From contig JABLTI010000135.1 of NCBI GenBank assembly GCA_013166835.1, forward strand, positions 1 through 12,008: a DNA stretch of 12,008 nt, given 5' to 3'. The notes beneath the pieces were generated by a model. That model did no database searches. It saw only the letters and a list, made by a program, of their open reading frames with translations, and was not told the DNA's origin. Positions within the stretch are counted from its first letter, which is position 1, and each line of letters opens with the position of its first letter. Both the position numbers and the translations under genes were made by a program. Origin of the DNA: Promethearchaeati archaeon. GTDB lineage: Archaea; Asgardarchaeota; Heimdallarchaeia; JABLTI01. Positions 7,571 through 12,008 of this stretch are shown here, piece after piece.

Positions 7571-7589
7571 TTAACTAGCAACTAGTTAA
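7571..7589. promoter_or_regulatory. perfect palindrome TTAACTAG-N3-CTAGTTAA, candidate operator
   Basis: 8-bp perfect arms located 22-40 nt upstream of the 7549 start. Confidence 0.5.
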
Positions 7590-7705
7590 GTTTTTTTCAA
7601 ATTAAGGTAAAATGTATGGCCTTTTTCTGTCAAGTCTAACTAAACTTCTGAAGATTCTACATTTTTTTAGCCTTTAAAATGATTTTTCGCTAACAATTGT
7701 TTGAT

Positions 7706-7754
7706 AAAGAAAAGAAAATGAACCAACCTTTGTTATAATTGCAAAGTTTGGTTC
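7706..7754 (-). terminator. stem-loop plus T-rich tract downstream of the caspase-like gene
   Basis: Minus strand GAACCAAACTTTG...CAAAGGTTGGTTC followed by ATTTTCTTTTCTTT, starting 15 nt after the stop codon. Confidence 0.6.
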
Positions 7755-7769
7755 TATTACATGTTCAGT

Positions 7770-8663
7770 TCAAAGATAGAATGGATCGTTAGGTGATCCA
7801 TCAAATTCCAAAGGCCAGTCACCGGGTCGACGATAAATGTCAATGAATAATGGATAAGCTAGATCAAATGCTTCTTCCATTGAAGCTGAACCACCTAGCT
7901 CGCCGATTAAAGCGTATTCTAAGAACCAATAAGTCCAAGCACCGTTTAAATGTAAAGGATCATCGTAGCCATAACCGTTATCAGAACAAGTTGTAGCCAA
8001 ATAGATTTTTTCTGCATTATCGTTGAACATTACATTCTGAAATCCGCCAGCATAACAGTGATCAATGAATATGAATGTATTTGCGATAGATGGAGACATC
8101 ATTTCTTGGAATTCTAAGTGAGTAATTAGTCCGTTGTAACCGTTTTCTCCTGCAGATGTATCCCACATACATAAATAGTATATGAATTCATCTAAAGTCG
8201 TTGATCTTCCTCTGCCACCATGTCCACTTGTAGTAAAAACGAAGATATCATCTTCATCAACTACTGCTAAAATATTTTCAAGTGCAATTCGTACGTTGTA
8301 TTCTGTTGCACACCCATCCCATTGGGGATAGTCTTCGGGATGACTATCACCTAAGAGTGTGATTTGATATCCTAAAGGACTTAAATAATTAAACCAATCT
8401 GCTGCATCTTCATCAGCATAATTTAAGTCACTAATCACATTATAATCTGAAATCCCAATAAGAAGTGCATATTTGTTGACTATTCCGTCTCCTTTCTTGT
8501 ACTTGTAAGCGAAGCTACTAGCGTCTTCAAAGAAATCTCCATCTGCGATTTCTTCGGTTCGTGTTGAATTTCCTCCAATTGCCATTGCCCCAGCTATACT
8601 GGATACTGTAAAAATCAGTGTTAAGCATGTCATGTATAATGCTTTTCTCTTCAAAGCACCCAC
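7770..8663 (-). CDS. secreted clan CD (caspase/metacaspase C14-like) cysteine peptidase
   Basis: KYALLIGISDY, LNYADEDA, TTSGHGG (His) and FIDHCYAGG (Cys) dyad. N-terminal KRK plus hydrophobic stretch ending AMA resembles a signal peptide. The true start may be TTG 8654 after GAGGTG. Confidence 0.85.
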   Translation of the reverse strand: MGALKRKALYMTCLTLIFTVSSIAGAMAIGGNSTRTEEIADGDFFEDASSFAYKYKKGDGIVNKYALLIGISDYNVISDLNYADEDAADWFNYLSPLGYQITLLGDSHPEDYPQWDGCATEYNVRIALENILAVVDEDDIFVFTTSGHGGRGRSTTLDEFIYYLCMWDTSAGENGYNGLITHLEFQEMMSPSIANTFIFIDHCYAGGFQNVMFNDNAEKIYLATTCSDNGYGYDDPLHLNGAWTYWFLEYALIGELGGSASMEEAFDLAYPLFIDIYRRPGDWPLEFDGSPNDPFYL

Positions 8664-8822
8664 CTCATTTAATTTTAAGGTTGCAAATTACTAATAATAA
8701 CAGTACTCTTTAAACAAAGTCTGAGAATGGTTTCGAATTGGTAGCGTGATAGTATTGAGTTTGTATCATCATGTTCAACTTAAAATAAAGATAGATTAAG
8801 AAATCTTTGAAAAAGGATCAAC

Positions 8823-9194
8823 TTACAGATTAAGCTCAAATTCTATTTCATCGGGTTCTCCATCTTCTCGATATTGTAGCACCTTTCCATTTTCTTTGAA
8901 TCCAAAGCTCACAATTAAATTTCTCATTGCAACATTTTCTACTACTATACTTGTTCTTACAGTTTTTAATCGCCCATCTTTTCGTAAAATATCAAGTACA
9001 AGTTCCATAGCTTTTCTTCCATAACCTCTTCCCTGAGAACGAGCATCAATCATTAATCGCCAAATATCATAATCTTCCAGATCATAAGCGATTAAACCTA
9101 CCGCTTTCTTATCCACGTATACTCCTTTCGCAATTTTCTCTTCTTTAAATTGCATTTGAGCGATTGTGTATAGATTTATGAATTCTACCCTCAC
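8823..9194 (-). CDS. short GNAT acetyltransferase (diamine/spermidine acetyltransferase-like), possibly N-terminally truncated
   Basis: IWRLMIDARSQGRGYGRKAM motif A and ENVAMRNLIVSFGF motif B. Only 123 aa. Confidence 0.7.
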   Translation of the reverse strand: MRVEFINLYTIAQMQFKEEKIAKGVYVDKKAVGLIAYDLEDYDIWRLMIDARSQGRGYGRKAMELVLDILRKDGRLKTVRTSIVVENVAMRNLIVSFGFKENGKVLQYREDGEPDEIEFELNL

Positions 9195-9346
9195 ATTTTG
9201 TATGGAAGTTTTCAGTTATTAGCTTATCTTCTTCGTTTTGATCTTAGAATTATAACCCAAACTCTTGGAAAATCCAATGTAATTCTGGATAAAATTAATT
9301 AAGACTGTTTTTATTTATTGTTTATAAAATCGGGGTAGGTAGTAGT

Positions 9347-9400
9347 AAAAAATCGTTTTAAAGTATAAATTCACAGTAATCTGTTCTAAAACGATTTTTT
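9347..9400. promoter_or_regulatory. 14-bp perfect inverted repeat enclosing a TATA-like box
   Basis: AAAAAATCGTTTTA (9347-9360) and TAAAACGATTTTTT (9387-9400), with a 26-nt spacer containing TATAAAT (9364-9370). Confidence 0.6.
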
Positions 9401-9456
9401 GAGAATTATTGGACTTCTGATTTTATGTTGTAATCACTAAGAGAGCATGTGATATA

Positions 9457-10614
9457 ATGACTGATGATGATAGCCAGTATCATCTATTACGACATGAAAT
9501 TGATACTCGTACAGCTAATGCTTTTCCAGCATCAGAAACAGGATTAGAAATTCGTATTTTAAAACAAATTTTTACACCTTTGGAAGCTCAAATTGCCATA
9601 CATCTAAGTGCCTTTCCTGAGAATATAAACCGGATTCATAAGCGTGTGACTAAGAACGGAATTGATATTTCAATCCATGAATTAGAAGAATTACTAGATG
9701 GATTAGTTAGAAAGGGAGGAATTATTTATGAAAAACTCCTCTTCAAAAAACCAAAGCAGAAAATGTATGGTCTACTTCAATTTGTAATAGGGATTTATGA
9801 AATGCAAGTTGACAAGCTAACTAAAGAACTAGCAGCAGATACTGAACAGTATCTTCACGATACATTTGTTCATACATTTCAAAGCTCAAAAGATCACAAG
9901 CAAATGCGCACAATCCCAGTCAACAAGAGTATTGCGGTGGATCGTTATGTTGCCAACTATGACAATATCAAAGAAATTATTGAGAAAAAAACAGGTCCTA
10001 TTGTAATTCTCAATTGTGTTTGTAAGGAATCAAAAGATCTTTTGGAAGACCCATGCAAATTGGGAGATACTCGTAATTGTTGCATAACTTTTGACTATGC
10101 AGCTGTAGGTTCACTTGATTTATTTCCTTCAGCTAGAGAAATTTCTAAAACAGAATTATTGGAGCTTCTGGATGAATATCAAGATCTTGGTTTTGTTCTT
10201 CAACCTGAAAATTGTATTTCGCCTAAATTTCTGTGTGTTTGTTGTGGTTGTTGCTGTGGGGTGTTAAGTACTTATAAAACAACAGCTCATCCTGCTGATT
10301 CCTGGGTCTCTAATTATTATTCTCAAGTAGATCCTAAGATGTGCACTGGATGCGAAATATGTGTGAAGCGATGTCAAATGGAAGCTATATCACTTGTAAA
10401 TAAGAAAGCTACCGTAGACTTGACTCGTTGTTTCGGTTGCGGAAACTGTGTTTTGAAATGCACACCAAATGCGATAACACTTCACAAGAAAGATAAGATT
10501 ACAAAACCCAGCAGATTTCATAAGGGACTTTATTTAGATTTCTTTAGAAAAAAAAGAGGTCTTTGGGGTGTTCTTAAAATGCTTGGTTTATATTTACTTG
10601 GAAAAAAGGTCTAG
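9457..10614 (+). CDS. Cys-rich iron-sulfur protein with C-terminal 2x[4Fe-4S] dicluster domain
   Basis: CTGCEICVKRC and CFGCGNCVLKC ferredoxin motifs, central NCVC, NCC and CVCCGCCCG, and a helical, possibly wHTH-like N-terminus. Confidence 0.88.
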   Translation: MTDDDSQYHLLRHEIDTRTANAFPASETGLEIRILKQIFTPLEAQIAIHLSAFPENINRIHKRVTKNGIDISIHELEELLDGLVRKGGIIYEKLLFKKPKQKMYGLLQFVIGIYEMQVDKLTKELAADTEQYLHDTFVHTFQSSKDHKQMRTIPVNKSIAVDRYVANYDNIKEIIEKKTGPIVILNCVCKESKDLLEDPCKLGDTRNCCITFDYAAVGSLDLFPSAREISKTELLELLDEYQDLGFVLQPENCISPKFLCVCCGCCCGVLSTYKTTAHPADSWVSNYYSQVDPKMCTGCEICVKRCQMEAISLVNKKATVDLTRCFGCGNCVLKCTPNAITLHKKDKITKPSRFHKGLYLDFFRKKRGLWGVLKMLGLYLLGKKV

Positions 10615-10727
10615 ATAAATAATATTCTTTTTCTATTGACTGCTAATTTACAAAGTAAAGGCATAAGAATAAATTTCATAGAACCTTTTTGTTAATTACA
10701 ATCAAATCAATAGAGATAAGGAATGAA

Positions 10728-11129
10728 ATGACTTCTGCAAAAGACAAAACTGAGGAAGAATGGAAGAAAGAATTATCCAAATTAGAATATGATGTTTTGA
10801 GACTGAAGGAAACTGAAAGACCCTTTACTGGTGAATTTTGGGATCACAAAGAAAAAGGAATCTACAAATGCGCTGGTTGTGGTGCAGAACTCTTTTCCTC
10901 AGAAACAAAATTTGTATCGGGGTGTGGATGGCCTAGTTATTATGATGCAATAGATAAGAGTAAGATAGAAGAGAAAAAGGACCGAACTCATGGTATGATC
11001 CGAATTGAGGTTTTATGTAAGAATTGCGGAGGGCATTTAGGGCACGTCTTCAATGATGGACCAAGTGATAAAACAGGACTACGATATTGCATTAATTCTG
11101 CATCATTGACTTTTGAAAAGGCAGATTAA
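10728..11129 (+). CDS. msrB: peptide-methionine (R)-S-oxide reductase, zinc-binding Cys form
   Basis: [38 protein letters not shown] and [12 protein letters not shown] at 10728 preferred over TTG at 10689. Confidence 0.97.
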   Translation: MTSAKDKTEEEWKKELSKLEYDVLRLKETERPFTGEFWDHKEKGIYKCAGCGAELFSSETKFVSGCGWPSYYDAIDKSKIEEKKDRTHGMIRIEVLCKNCGGHLGHVFNDGPSDKTGLRYCINSASLTFEKAD

Positions 11130-11177
11130 TTGCGATACATAAAACATAGATGAAAAATTCAAAGTTTTGTTGTAGCT

Positions 11178-11828
11178 TCAACTAATTGCATTATTGATTG
11201 GAAAATAATATCTTCTTCGACCTTTTCTTTGAATAGTGATAAAATCTTCTTGTTCAAGAATTACTAGATGATATGTTACTGTGCTTTGACTTCTTTGCAC
11301 TTTATTCCTAATTCTCAATTGCGTTATTCCTGGTTCTTCACGAATTAAAGACAGTATTTGATTTCTAGTTTCAGATTTTAATATAATTACGTGAGTTAGT
11401 TCACTTGACTCATCCGAAAAACTTCCGTCGTTTAGATAAAACATAAGGTATTGTTTGGTTCTTTTTCTTTTGATCATTTCAAACCTTTCAAGCCAAGAAA
11501 GATGCCACTGAGTTTGTCCTCTGCTTAATTCAAGATTTTTTACAATTTCGCTGAAGTGAACTCCTGGTTTTTGTTTTATTAAATGATAAATTCTAGCTCG
11601 ATTATAGTTAGCTAAAATATTGTCATATGTTACTGTGGAGCTCAATGATCCCACAAAGCTCACAAGCACTAGCAATGCTACTCCAGCTAATACACTATAG
11701 AGTATTTTCTTGTTAAATGGAGTAAAAATATCTAGGTATTTGTAAATCAACCAGCTAATGCCTATTGTTATGCTAGTTGTTATTAGAAAAAGAAATACCC
11801 AAATTGCTAGCTTTATCTTTTTGTGCAA
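11178..11828 (-). CDS. membrane-anchored transcriptional regulator with tandem winged-helix (ArsR-like) domains
   Basis: Two N-terminal TM helices, then NRARIYHLIKQKPGVHFSEI...QWHL and TRNQILSLIREEPGITQ...STVTYHL...I...RKGR. TTG start with a GAGG RBS. Confidence 0.85.
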   Translation of the reverse strand: MHKKIKLAIWVFLFLITTSITIGISWLIYKYLDIFTPFNKKILYSVLAGVALLVLVSFVGSLSSTVTYDNILANYNRARIYHLIKQKPGVHFSEIVKNLELSRGQTQWHLSWLERFEMIKRKRTKQYLMFYLNDGSFSDESSELTHVIILKSETRNQILSLIREEPGITQLRIRNKVQRSQSTVTYHLVILEQEDFITIQRKGRRRYYFPINNAIS

Positions 11829-11840
11829 AGGAATCCATCC

Positions 11841-12008
11841 TCAAACGATTACAGTTATCATTTTCCTATTTTTCTTTTTCATGAGGAAGTAAATAACTAT
11901 TTCAATTATTCTGTCTGCAAGAGTCACTGCTGCAACTCCTATACCCATTTTTGCACTTAAAAATATATCACAATTTGAGCCAACTGTTATTCCTATATAT
12001 ACTAGTAG
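11841..12008 (-). CDS. 3' end of a membrane protein (truncated by the window edge)
   Basis: Open frame LLVYIGITVGSNCDIFLSAKMGIGVAAVTLADRIIEIVIYFLMKKKNRKMITVIV*. Its TGA overlaps the RBS of the regulator gene, suggesting an operon. Confidence 0.65.
   Translation of the reverse strand, partial: LLVYIGITVGSNCDIFLSAKMGIGVAAVTLADRIIEIVIYFLMKKKNRKMITVIV

Noticed and set aside
10728-11129. Selenocysteine form of MsrB
   Set aside because: The catalytic residue is a TGC Cys in RYCINS and there is no in-frame TGA.

Overview
AT-rich, gene-dense prokaryotic window. It is most likely from an anaerobic archaeon of the Asgard/Heimdallarchaeia type; this is inferred from GGAGGTG-type RBSs, TATA-like boxes, frequent TTG/GTG starts, a membrane-anchored double winged-helix regulator and the gene repertoire, as no marker gene is present. 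It holds 11 complete protein genes, a 3' gene fragment at the right edge and an unannotated 24-codon ORF. The left and centre form an acyl/lipid-themed cluster: PlsY-like acyltransferase, Cys-nucleophile alpha/beta hydrolase, DegV/FakB fatty-acid binding protein, GPH-family MFS transporter, stand-alone E2-type acyltransferase domain and a DUF998-like membrane protein. The PlsY-like protein and the hydrolase both have remodelled catalytic motifs. Upstream of a GNAT-TPR gene is a compact unit (TATA-like box, long hairpin that hides the RBS of a 24-aa hydrophobic ORF, triple stop, T7 tract), and this ~1.5 kb block lies between two GC-rich direct repeats. The right part has a secreted caspase-like peptidase, a short GNAT, a Cys-rich polyferredoxin-like protein preceded by a 14-bp inverted repeat, msrB and the membrane-bound regulator. 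No rRNA, complete tRNA, CRISPR array or transposase was seen.
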